From NCBI GenBank assembly GCA_045114635.1, contig JBGUKY010000017.1:4687-68686 (forward strand): 64,000 nucleotides of DNA, written 5' to 3'. Positions within the stretch are counted from its first letter, which is position 1. Every line of letters begins with the position of its first letter. This document shows positions 27,336 to 36,243 of this stretch, piece by piece. The notes beneath the pieces were generated by a model. That model was not told the DNA's origin, ran no database searches, and worked only from the letters and a program-made list of their open reading frames with translations. The DNA is from Candidatus Enterousia sp. (GTDB taxonomy: Bacteria; Pseudomonadota; Alphaproteobacteria; Rs-D84). The translations under genes and the position numbers were made by a program.

Positions 27336-27693
27336 TGTTTTCCATCCATGTTTCCAATACCTGTTTATCGTTTGTATTTAATTGTTTATTTAACGCTTCG
27401 CGTTCAGCTTCTTTTTCATCCATTTTCAGCATATGTGGCATCATAAAATCTATTGCTTTCATATCGCCGGAAACCGCCTGATTACTTGCTTGCAATAAAA
27501 TTGCCTGTTGTTTAGTAATTTGTATTGAGCCCTTATCAGTAGTATTTACTGTGACTTTCTGATTCAATATGTCACGTAATATACTGTATGTGTTTCTGGA
27601 TCCTTTCTTGCGACCTTTTGGATTACCAGATTGGCCGGGCTTAAATCGAGTTGATTTAGGTGGGCGACCATATCCTATTTCATAATCAGACAT
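27292..27693 (-). CDS. DUF5681-like protein (terminase small subunit position)
   Basis: IGYGRPPKSTRFKPGQSGNPKGRKKGSRN is the DUF5681 signature. Overlaps the terL start. Confidence 0.6.
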   Translation of the reverse strand: MSDYEIGYGRPPKSTRFKPGQSGNPKGRKKGSRNTYSILRDILNQKVTVNTTDKGSIQITKQQAILLQASNQAVSGDMKAIDFMMPHMLKMDEKEAEREALNKQLNTNDKQVLETWMENNGFKSKHLTSNTEN

Positions 27694-29005
27694 TGTTACC
27701 CCCTTTGAGTTCTTTCAACAATTCATTGTATGTTTTACCCGTGAATACATTTAACGCATCTATTCCGAATAAATTCTGAAAACGTCGTATTGTTGTATCA
27801 ATGTATAACGGTTCATATTCTATGCCATAACAAATACGCCCAGATTGCTGGCATGCAATCAAAGTGCTGCCTGAACCAAGAAAACAATCCAATACAATAT
27901 CGCCACGTTTAGATACATCCAAGATCGCATCTTTTAACATCTCTACGGGCTTAACCGTCGGGTGCATAATGCCATCTTGTTTATGTTTACCAAAAGCATT
28001 TACACCAGCATATTGCCATACATTGGTTCTGTATCGTCCGTACTTACCAAGTTGTACATTGTTATTATGTGATTCTTTGCCATTTTGGAATATAAAACAC
28101 AGTTCATGTTGACTTCTGTATAAACTGCCCATGCCACCAGACGTTTTTACCCATACACACATATTGATGAATTTATCAAATATGTCCTTGCCTGCGACTG
28201 TGATTTCCAAAACATGACGCCAATCCATAAAGTTATAATGCAAAGAACCATCGTTGGAATACTGTTTACACAGTGCGAAGTTATTCATCAAAAACTTTGT
28301 GAATTCATCCATAGTCATTTCACCAGATGCCATTGCAAATTCTTTGTGTTTAATAGTGCCAGAACCACATACATGACCATCTATTTTGACGTTGTATGGC
28401 GGGTCTTGCAGAATCATATCGGCCTTTTTACCATCAAACAATTTTACAAATGCGTCTGGATTTAAACTGTCACCACAAATAATGCGATGTTTGTCCAATT
28501 GCCATATATCACCAGGTTTGGATATGATTTCATCTTCAGGGATAAATGGCACAGCATTGGTTTTCTGATTGATTGGTTTTATATCTGTAAAGCTAACTAT
28601 AGAATCCAATTCAGCATCATTAAATCCAATATCTTGGATTACAAAGTTATCGTCCAGGCATATTTTTTCTAAATCTTTGATTTCAAGGCTTAGCAATTCT
28701 TTATTCCAGCCGCCGTTTTCAGCAATCTTATTATCTGCCAATCTATAAGCGCGTTTTTGCGTATCCGTTAAATGCGAAAGCTTTATCGTTGGAACGGTTT
28801 CCAGATTCATTGCCTGGGCGGCCATAAAACGACCGTGCCCCGCGATAATTTCATTGTTTTCATCGATTAATATTGGATTATTAAAACCAAATTTGGTTAT
28901 AGAAGATATGATTTGTTGTACCTGAGATTCAGGATGTGTTTTTGCGTTATGTTCATAACCATGAATATCCGCAACTTTCAAATTTTCAAATACTAGTGCA
29001 CCCAT
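27686..29005 (-). CDS. ParB-like nuclease domain fused to N6-adenine/N4-cytosine DNA methyltransferase
   Basis: Start moved to MGALVFENL (AGGAGG RBS). NPILIDENNEIIAGHGR ParB-N motif, LQDPPYN catalytic motif, and the C-terminal FLGSGSTLIA SAM motif. Confidence 0.85.
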   Translation of the reverse strand: MGALVFENLKVADIHGYEHNAKTHPESQVQQIISSITKFGFNNPILIDENNEIIAGHGRFMAAQAMNLETVPTIKLSHLTDTQKRAYRLADNKIAENGGWNKELLSLEIKDLEKICLDDNFVIQDIGFNDAELDSIVSFTDIKPINQKTNAVPFIPEDEIISKPGDIWQLDKHRIICGDSLNPDAFVKLFDGKKADMILQDPPYNVKIDGHVCGSGTIKHKEFAMASGEMTMDEFTKFLMNNFALCKQYSNDGSLHYNFMDWRHVLEITVAGKDIFDKFINMCVWVKTSGGMGSLYRSQHELCFIFQNGKESHNNNVQLGKYGRYRTNVWQYAGVNAFGKHKQDGIMHPTVKPVEMLKDAILDVSKRGDIVLDCFLGSGSTLIACQQSGRICYGIEYEPLYIDTTIRRFQNLFGIDALNVFTGKTYNELLKELKGGNNV

Positions 29006-29314
29006 TGTACACCTCCTTTTCCTTCTTTCTCCCCCTTTTCTCTCCGTATTAAACCTATTAAACAAAAAAGGAAGCGCTGTATTTAGCAATCTTCCTTTCC
29101 TTATATATTTAAAATAGCAAAAATCACGATTCGGTGCAAGAAAGTCCAAAAATATTTTTTTAGATTCGTTTTTTTGTTGAAAACGGTTTTTATAAAATAA
29201 AAAAATTATACGTAATTAATACTTTTATTATAAAAATATTCTTGTATTTACATTTGTTTTTCATAAAATTCAAAAATAAAAAATTATTAATTAAACACAA
29301 TACAGGATTATCAT

Positions 29315-30751
29315 ATGCAAATTACACGTATAAAATTCACCAATCACCCAATATTATCAAATCTTGAATTGAACTTTTGTGATGAACAAGGCAAACCTTA
29401 TAATACAGTTATATTTGCTGGTGAAAATGGTTGTGGCAAAACAACTATACTTAAGTTCATAAGTGATTTATTTAAAAATATGCATGTTTTTCTTAACCAA
29501 AATTTAGATTTCGATTTCTCTATAGATTTTTATTTATCACAACAAGAACAAGATAATATAAAAAATACATTGCGCACAGCAAATATACAATTTGATAACA
29601 CAAAATTATCTGAAGCAATAAATATAACATATAATCATAATGCTCCAAATGTTTATGAACGAGTTACAAGCAATTTTCTTAATCAGACACATTTTACAGC
29701 AATAGTATCTCACATTTATGTATGTTTTTATTCTGTATACTTAAATACAGATATAAATTTTCAAACAGAAAACATAAAATCTATAAGCTCAACAGGATTG
29801 GATAGGGATTTAAATAAAATAAGAAATATGCAACCATGGACTATCGCAAATGATTTAAAACAGTTATTTATAGACATATATGCTCAGGACAGTGAAGAAC
29901 TTAGTTTGTGGTGCAAAGAACATCCTGGCAGTGCACCTTCAACAGATATTATATCAAAACGAATTTCAAGATTTACTGATGCTTTTAGTATTATGTTTAA
30001 AAATATATTCTTTAAAAACATCCAAACAATTAACGAAACAAAACAAGTTGTGTTTACCAAACAAGAAAAAGACGTTTTGATAGACGATCTTAGTTCCGGT
30101 GAAAAACAAATTGTGTTTAGGGGAAGTTATGTTCTTAGAGATATAAGTTCTATAAAAAGCGAAGTTCTATTAATAGATGAACCCGAAATAAGTATGCATC
30201 CAAAATGGCAAAACAAAATATTAGATTTTTATAAACAACTTATTATCGATGAAACAGGCAATCAATCATCGCAATTGTTTGTAGCGACACATTCAGAACA
30301 TATTATAAAAAACGCATATCAAAAAGGTGATTTGATTTTAGTTTTATCTAATTCAGGTTCCGAAATCAACGTAAAACCTATTCAAGATTTAAAAACATTC
30401 AGTTTTAGCCCGACATATCCAGAAATAAAATATTTCGCGTTCAATATATCATCAATAGAATTCCATGACGAACTATATGGTTATATTAAAGAAATGAATA
30501 ACCTTGTACAAGAAAAAGATGTAGAAAATTTCTTTCTTCAAAAAAGGGAAAAACAAACTAAAAAATGGGCAAGATTGAAAAATAATATTTTTAACACCCC
30601 AGAAGAAGTGACTCTTATGACATATATACGCAATGTTATTCATCATCCTGAAGCAGCTAACAAAACAGATAACCCTTTGGGAAAATGTAATTTCACAGAT
30701 GAAGAATTGGCACAATCTATTGGAATTATGTTAGATATACTCAAAAGTTAA
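29315..30751 (+). CDS. ABC/SMC-like ATPase (AAA_15/AAA_21-type) with uncharacterised C-terminal domain
   Basis: Walker A GENGCGKTT, signature-like LSSGEKQ, Walker B LLIDEPEISMHP, and the H-loop ATHSEH. Confidence 0.75.
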   Translation: MQITRIKFTNHPILSNLELNFCDEQGKPYNTVIFAGENGCGKTTILKFISDLFKNMHVFLNQNLDFDFSIDFYLSQQEQDNIKNTLRTANIQFDNTKLSEAINITYNHNAPNVYERVTSNFLNQTHFTAIVSHIYVCFYSVYLNTDINFQTENIKSISSTGLDRDLNKIRNMQPWTIANDLKQLFIDIYAQDSEELSLWCKEHPGSAPSTDIISKRISRFTDAFSIMFKNIFFKNIQTINETKQVVFTKQEKDVLIDDLSSGEKQIVFRGSYVLRDISSIKSEVLLIDEPEISMHPKWQNKILDFYKQLIIDETGNQSSQLFVATHSEHIIKNAYQKGDLILVLSNSGSEINVKPIQDLKTFSFSPTYPEIKYFAFNISSIEFHDELYGYIKEMNNLVQEKDVENFFLQKREKQTKKWARLKNNIFNTPEEVTLMTYIRNVIHHPEAANKTDNPLGKCNFTDEELAQSIGIMLDILKS

Positions 30752-32097
30752 TGTTCCATATTTAACAACCATTCCAAAACATTCAAACGTTTTATACCGT
30801 TTTGTTCGCCAGAACCATAATCCATAGTTAACAAGTATTTTGGATAATTATCTTTTATTTGTTCCAATGACGCATATTCGCGTTTAGCAACATCTTCATT
30901 ATTCAAAACACCCCATGCAACTTGATAATATTCTACCTGTCCACCCGGCTTAGTTGCCACGAAATCGACTTCTATTGTTTTGCGTTCAGCCTTGCCTTCT
31001 TCGTTTCTTACTTGTGTTTGTATTTTGCCCACAGACACATTATATCCACGACGTATCAATTCAAGATATACAACATTTTCCAGTATACGACCAGCATCTG
31101 TGTCTTTATCACCCAATAATGCATAACGCAAACCTGCATCAACAACGTAATATTTTGCATTGCCACTTAATATTTTTTTACCTTTGATATCGTATCTTTC
31201 ACATTTATACATTAAAAAGCTGTCTAACAATCCTTTGATGTATATATCTATTGTTGGTGCTGATATATTATAACCAGCATCTTTTAAACAGCGTTCTATA
31301 TTACGCACAGAGGTATCACGCCCTATATTATCAAACAAATATCTTGTCACGACATCTAATTTATTGTCGCTGGCTATATTAAAACGTTTTACAATGTCTT
31401 TCTGTATAGTATTTTGGAACACGGTATCCATCAGATAATCTGTTATAACCTGTTTATCATCCATGTGCACCAATTTTTGCACCTGTGGAAAGCCACTTTC
31501 GTGGATATAATCTTCATATATAGCATAAGGATTACGATGTTTTTCTAAATCTTCGCGTTTCATTATTTGATGATTAAAGCTTTGGCTGTAAAAACTAAAA
31601 TATTCTGAAAACGATAATGGTTGCATTTTTATTTCAACATAACGTCCGCCAAAAGAATTTGCTATATCACTAGAAAACATATATGCATTAGACCCTGTTA
31701 AATATACATCTATGTTGCCACGCATACGTAATCCATTAGCTACCATCTGCCAATTTTCTACAAGTTGAACCTCATCTATGAATACATAATATGTCTTGTT
31801 ATCTTTGACTTTTGATAATATATAGTCCAATAATGTTTGATGATTTTCTAATAAACCATCAGAATTCAGTTTCAAACCCATTTTGCCTGTCAAAACCGGA
31901 TCTTCCAGATTTATAGATATTATATGGTCACTAGTGGCAACGTTATCAAACAAAAGATCCAAACCAAACAATTCTAATAATTTAGATTTTCCGCAACGAC
32001 GAACCCCTGTCACTATTTTTACAAGATCTGTTTGTCCAAGCCAGTTTTTCAACTTTCTTGTATAATCCGGGCGAGATATAAGTGTTTCTGTAGCCAT
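30748..32097 (-). CDS. AAA+ ATPase with DUF4143-type C-terminal domain
   Basis: Walker A GVRRCGKSKLL, Walker B YVFIDEVQ, and a C-terminal DUF4143-like region (..EVDFVA..). Confidence 0.8.
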   Translation of the reverse strand: MATETLISRPDYTRKLKNWLGQTDLVKIVTGVRRCGKSKLLELFGLDLLFDNVATSDHIISINLEDPVLTGKMGLKLNSDGLLENHQTLLDYILSKVKDNKTYYVFIDEVQLVENWQMVANGLRMRGNIDVYLTGSNAYMFSSDIANSFGGRYVEIKMQPLSFSEYFSFYSQSFNHQIMKREDLEKHRNPYAIYEDYIHESGFPQVQKLVHMDDKQVITDYLMDTVFQNTIQKDIVKRFNIASDNKLDVVTRYLFDNIGRDTSVRNIERCLKDAGYNISAPTIDIYIKGLLDSFLMYKCERYDIKGKKILSGNAKYYVVDAGLRYALLGDKDTDAGRILENVVYLELIRRGYNVSVGKIQTQVRNEEGKAERKTIEVDFVATKPGGQVEYYQVAWGVLNNEDVAKREYASLEQIKDNYPKYLLTMDYGSGEQNGIKRLNVLEWLLNMEH

Positions 32098-32547
32098 ATA
32101 AAGACCTCTTTTATTTTGATTCTATTATACTTTACAAAAACACAAATGTCAACATTTTTGTTAAACGCATTTTACAAAACTGTGATTTTTGCAAAATTGT
32201 AAAGTAAAAATCCCTGTTTATACAAAAATAATTCCCTGCTTTTTGAGTAGGGAATTTTGGGTAAAAGTGGCGAATTTTTGTCACAATTCTAATGTTAAAC
32301 ACGGTAAAACTAGTTGTTTTTCATAAAAATTCCCTGTAAATACCCTGTATTTATCATATATAATACCGTCAAAAATTACAACTCCGCCATAAAAATTAAA
32401 TGCCCGTTTGGGCATTTTATTTTTATCGTGATTGTGGCTTTGGATTAGTCACTATAACAAAGTTATTGGGTTCGACAACAAGTAGATTTTGCAAGCAAAG
32501 CGCAGCGAAATCGTCACGGTTGCAACGCAGGCACGAAGTGCCAAGAT

Positions 32548-32567
32548 AATCCCTCACCATCCGCCAG
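32548..32567 (+). repeat. attR core (displaced tRNA-Ser 3' end)
   Basis: Identical to 14924-14943 and followed by what appears to be the original tRNA terminator. Confidence 0.8.
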
Positions 32568-32574
32568 TAATAAA

Positions 32575-32600
32575 AAACGCACTTTTCAGTGCGTTTTTTT
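32575..32600 (+). terminator. Probable original chromosomal terminator of tRNA-Ser
   Basis: AACGCACT-TTTC-AGTGCGTT followed by TTTTTTT. Confidence 0.6.
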
Positions 32601-32678
32601 AATCTTGGTTATCATCACGTAAAAATTCAATCTCTTTCTTTATTGTCATGGCATACTCCTTTTCCATCTGTATTTAAA

Positions 32679-33503
32679 TTATATATTCTTTTTACGATAT
32701 GCGCAATATAAAACAGTTATCCCGATTACAAATACAAGCGCAGAAAGCAACGTTCCCATCGTCAATCCCCAACTGGTAAGAAAGCCAATTTGTGCATCTG
32801 GCTGACGGAATTGTTCACAGAATATTCTGAATACCGCATAAAGAATACAAAAGATTCCTGATAATGCGCCGGTATGTTTGCGCAAATTCGTTTTACAATA
32901 AAGTAACATCATAACTGTGAATAAAACAACACCTTCAAGCGCGAATTCGTAAAGTGGGCTTGGGTGACGCGGAATATCTGTTTGTCCAACAAATACTACA
33001 CCCAACGGCGAATTAGTTGTGCGCCCCATTATTTCCATATTTATAAAATTTGCTATACGTCCCAATCCCAAACCTATCGGCGAAAGCACAGCCAATATAT
33101 CCAATATCTTGAAAGAATTCCTAACAATTGAACCCGATTCGAATTTCTGATTCTTTACAAATAAAAATGTGGTTGCTATCGCACCAAGAAATCCACCATG
33201 AAAACTCATCCCACCATGCCAAAGTGCGAATATTTCCAATGGATTATGTAAAAAGAACGGCAAATTATAAAACAACACATATCCCAAACGCCCACCTATT
33301 ATTGTTCCCAATACAAAATAACTTAAAAAATCATCCATCTGCTTTTTCGATAATGGTATTTCGGTGTTTTTCCTGCTTGTGAAAAATTTCATCAAAAAAA
33401 AGCCCGCTGTGAACGCAACTATATACGCCAGCGCATACCACCGAATCGGTAAACCGAATACAGAAAACGCAACTGGGTTGATTGGATTTATGATTATTGC
33501 CAT
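32679..33503 (-). CDS. lgt: Prolipoprotein diacylglyceryl transferase
   Basis: RWYALAYIVAF, GGRLGYVLFYN, WHGGMSFHGG, GRIANFINMEIMGR and RHPSPLYEFALEG. Confidence 0.92.
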   Translation of the reverse strand: MAIIINPINPVAFSVFGLPIRWYALAYIVAFTAGFFLMKFFTSRKNTEIPLSKKQMDDFLSYFVLGTIIGGRLGYVLFYNLPFFLHNPLEIFALWHGGMSFHGGFLGAIATTFLFVKNQKFESGSIVRNSFKILDILAVLSPIGLGLGRIANFINMEIMGRTTNSPLGVVFVGQTDIPRHPSPLYEFALEGVVLFTVMMLLYCKTNLRKHTGALSGIFCILYAVFRIFCEQFRQPDAQIGFLTSWGLTMGTLLSALVFVIGITVLYCAYRKKNI

Positions 33504-33608
33504 GGTTATATTCCTTTTGATTTATTTTATTATCAAAGGAAATATCTTTTCAACCAAAAATTAAAGCCGCCAAAAAAGCGGCTTTTACAATAAATATGTT
33601 TTATGTTC

Positions 33609-34064
33609 TTACATTTCCATGCCATAAAATTGTTTTGCGACATATTTTACATATCTTGGCATGAAAGCTGTACTGAAACGACCTTCGCTAATAACACCAG
33701 CCTGCTTAGGTTTCCTCATTTGCAACACAGCACTCACTATTATATGCGAAAAGATTTCATCGCAACGTGTCAAAAATGCCGTTTTAACCAATTGCATATC
33801 TGCCTGGGATACTGGTTTTTTCTTTAAAGCCATGCGACGTTCCAATTCGAACAAATAACTTTTAAGAACTTCGTCTTTTTTCGCTTCGCATCTTTTTGGA
33901 TCAGAAATACCCAATGCGCGTTTCAATTCATTGTGAACATATGATAAATGTTCGCCATCAATTGCTGCCAATGCTTCTGAACGTGAACCCAAAATTGTTT
34001 TATCACTTTTTGATGCAAATCTTGGTCTGTTAACGCCATCACTGTAATTATGTACGTATGCCAT
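33609..34064 (-). CDS. Hypothetical protein
   Basis: ORF with a plausible start. No motif recognised. Confidence 0.4.
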   Translation of the reverse strand: MAYVHNYSDGVNRPRFASKSDKTILGSRSEALAAIDGEHLSYVHNELKRALGISDPKRCEAKKDEVLKSYLFELERRMALKKKPVSQADMQLVKTAFLTRCDEIFSHIIVSAVLQMRKPKQAGVISEGRFSTAFMPRYVKYVAKQFYGMEM

Positions 34065-34092
34065 ATTTTTTCCTTTTACTTTTTATAGCTGA

Positions 34093-34401
34093 TTATAAAC
34101 CACGAAATCTTTCGTGTGTTTGTAAATTCATTTGTTGCTGCATCACAAAAATACCCTGTTCGCAGTCTTTAATTATTGCCTGACGTTTTGCTATTTTCTT
34201 TTGATATGATGCATATTCCAAATGCGCAGGCCCCATAACTGTCATAGATTTTTCCAATGACGCTATTTCTTTTTTCATTTTAGAAATTGTATCGCGACAT
34301 TGTTCTATGTATTTATCCTTTGGTGTAGCATACAAACCAGACGCCACAGATATTACACTTCCTGAACGACTAAGTGTTTCTTGTAATACAATTTTTTCCA
34401 T
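34093..34401 (-). CDS. Hypothetical protein
   Basis: ORF. No motif recognised. Confidence 0.4.
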   Translation of the reverse strand: MEKIVLQETLSRSGSVISVASGLYATPKDKYIEQCRDTISKMKKEIASLEKSMTVMGPAHLEYASYQKKIAKRQAIIKDCEQGIFVMQQQMNLQTHERFRGL

Positions 34402-34560
34402 ATCAGATCCTTTTTTGGATTATTATAACCTAAATATAATTGACAAAAATACATTTGTCAAGACTTTTATTAAAAATTATTTTTTATGTGCGTTCGTTAT
34501 CCCTTGAATTATTACCCATTGTGTATTATATTTCCGACATATGAACAAAGGAGAATCATT

Positions 34561-35262
34561 ATGGTCGCAAAGAAATCTGTATCCAAAGCAATCGGTGGTA
34601 TGGAATTATATCTTAAAAAGATTTTTGGGCTTATGACCGGCGCTGTCGGTATCACTGCACTAACAACTTTCATTATGGTGGCCACCGGCGCATGGACTGC
34701 ATTGATTAGCAAGGGCGGTTTATCAATAACATATTATATTATCGCTTTTGGCGGACTTGGTTTGTCCCTTTGGGCCCAGGCACGTGCTTTTTCAATGAAA
34801 CCATCTACTGCAAAGATATTATTATTCTTGTATTCGGTTTTGATGGGTGTCGCTTTAACACCTATGATTCTGGTATCAAGTTTTTCAACAATAATTATCG
34901 CCCTTATCTTGGCCGCAGTTATGTTTGCTTGTATGGCAATGTTTGGATATAAAACTGCGAAAGACCTTTCTTTCCTTGGCATATTCTTGTTCTTGGGCAT
35001 GATTGGTTTGTTGTTGGTTGGCATAGTTTCTATATTCACAGGTCCAATGGGTGTAGTATTTAATCAAATCATATGCTTAATCGGCGTATTAGTTTTTGCT
35101 TTATTTGCTGCCTACGATATGCAAACATTGAAAAACGCTTATTATGCTGTTGGTAATGGCGAACAAAAAGATCAATTGGCGGTCCTTGGTGCATTGCACA
35201 TGTATATTTCATTCGTAGCAATGTTTGAATATATACTTGGCCTGTTAAACAGCAGAGATTAA
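34561..35262 (+). CDS. Bax inhibitor-1/YccA family membrane protein
   Basis: Start moved to MVAKKS (AAGGAG RBS). Seven TM segments. C-terminal ..AAYDMQTLK..GALHMYISFVAMF is typical of the BI-1 family. Confidence 0.85.
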   Translation: MVAKKSVSKAIGGMELYLKKIFGLMTGAVGITALTTFIMVATGAWTALISKGGLSITYYIIAFGGLGLSLWAQARAFSMKPSTAKILLFLYSVLMGVALTPMILVSSFSTIIIALILAAVMFACMAMFGYKTAKDLSFLGIFLFLGMIGLLLVGIVSIFTGPMGVVFNQIICLIGVLVFALFAAYDMQTLKNAYYAVGNGEQKDQLAVLGALHMYISFVAMFEYILGLLNSRD

Positions 35263-35289
35263 AAAAACAAAAAAAGAAAGGAAAACAAA

Positions 35290-35475
35290 ATGGCTAATAC
35301 TTATAAAATAGATCAAATGAATTGTATCGGTTGTCACAGCTGTATGGCAGTATGTCCAGCAATGGCTATCGCAGAATCTTTGGGCGGTAAATGCAAAATT
35401 GATAAAGACAACTGTATGGGATGCGGAACCTGTGCATCTATTTGTCCTGCTGGTGCAATCGAACCAGATTTATAA
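35290..35475 (+). CDS. 2x[4Fe-4S] ferredoxin
   Basis: CIGCHSCMAVCP and CMGCGTCASICP motifs. Confidence 0.88.
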   Translation: MANTYKIDQMNCIGCHSCMAVCPAMAIAESLGGKCKIDKDNCMGCGTCASICPAGAIEPDL

Positions 35476-35482
35476 AAATAAA

Positions 35483-35509
35483 AAAAAACGTGCAAATGCA
35501 CGTTTTTTA
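35483..35509. terminator. Bidirectional terminator
   Basis: AACGTGCA-AA-TGCACGTT flanked by A and T runs. Confidence 0.6.
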
Positions 35510-36121
35510 TCTCTGTTTTAAACTTCTGTTAAATTTATGAGTGTAATACATTCGCGGTAATGTCACAAACCCAAGCAATCCCAAATCTATACCTAAAAAT
35601 AAAACACACCAATACATAACAATATCTTTGACCTGTTCTGGTGTAATTCCCAATTTATTGTAAGTTAATATCAAGACCACTAAAGCCATAGCTGTTGACA
35701 TTACAGATATATAAAACCACCACAGTTTTTTCCACGCATCTGCTGGCGATGATTTTGCAAGTATTTTATGCAGATATTTACGTTGTTCATCTGTTATATC
35801 ACCATGTTCCAAATAATACAGAGCAAACGCAATCACTTCATCAGCAACATCCTGTTTTAAAAGGAAATTCATTTTTAACGGTTCTTTTTTTACATCTGTT
35901 TCCTTATCAAAATCAGGCACTGGTGCGCCAATATGGTCATACCATAATGAAACGATACTGCGCGCTGTATTTTTTGAATATTCAGCACTTTTTGCTTCTG
36001 GTTTTGAAAAATCTTTTATCCATTTGTATATTGGATCATGCATAAAGTCTTTAGCGCGTTTTTCATTTAGCCTGAAAGCATCAAAAGCCGGATGATTTGG
36101 ATATTTATTTTGTGACATCAA
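35507..36121 (-). CDS. Hypothetical membrane protein (two C-terminal TM segments)
   Basis: ORF. Hydrophobic segments WWFYISVMSTAMALVVLIL and WCVLFLGIDLGLLGFV. Confidence 0.45.
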   Translation of the reverse strand: MMSQNKYPNHPAFDAFRLNEKRAKDFMHDPIYKWIKDFSKPEAKSAEYSKNTARSIVSLWYDHIGAPVPDFDKETDVKKEPLKMNFLLKQDVADEVIAFALYYLEHGDITDEQRKYLHKILAKSSPADAWKKLWWFYISVMSTAMALVVLILTYNKLGITPEQVKDIVMYWCVLFLGIDLGLLGFVTLPRMYYTHKFNRSLKQR

Positions 36122-36243
36122 TAACCCCTTGTTTAAAAAGTAATTTAATAAACGAAATAAATATTGTCAAATAATTGTATTGCAAATCATTTAAATCGGT
36201 ATAAAATACGCTTAGTAAAAATTTAATATGGAGATATTTAAAA

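Noticed and set aside
27686-29005. ParB-like domain as a chromosome or plasmid partition protein
   Set aside because: It is fused to a DPPY methyltransferase and sits next to terminase genes. That is the phage ParB-nuclease/methylase arrangement, not a parABS system, and no parA is present.
27006-29149. Upstream in-frame extensions of several ORFs (29006-29149, 18971-19084, 5728-5835, 48461-48556, 34486-34560, 51316-51438)
   Set aside because: In each case an internal Met with a good Shine-Dalgarno sequence and a sensible N-terminus (signal peptide or conserved domain start) is preferable. The extensions are hydrophobic or low-complexity read-through of promoter regions.
32440-32547. Possible degenerate tRNA or tmRNA-like gene upstream of attR (GGGTTCGA...)
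   Set aside because: I could not fold it into a cloverleaf by eye, and only the last 20 nt match tRNA-Ser. I treat it as the island-end or att flank.
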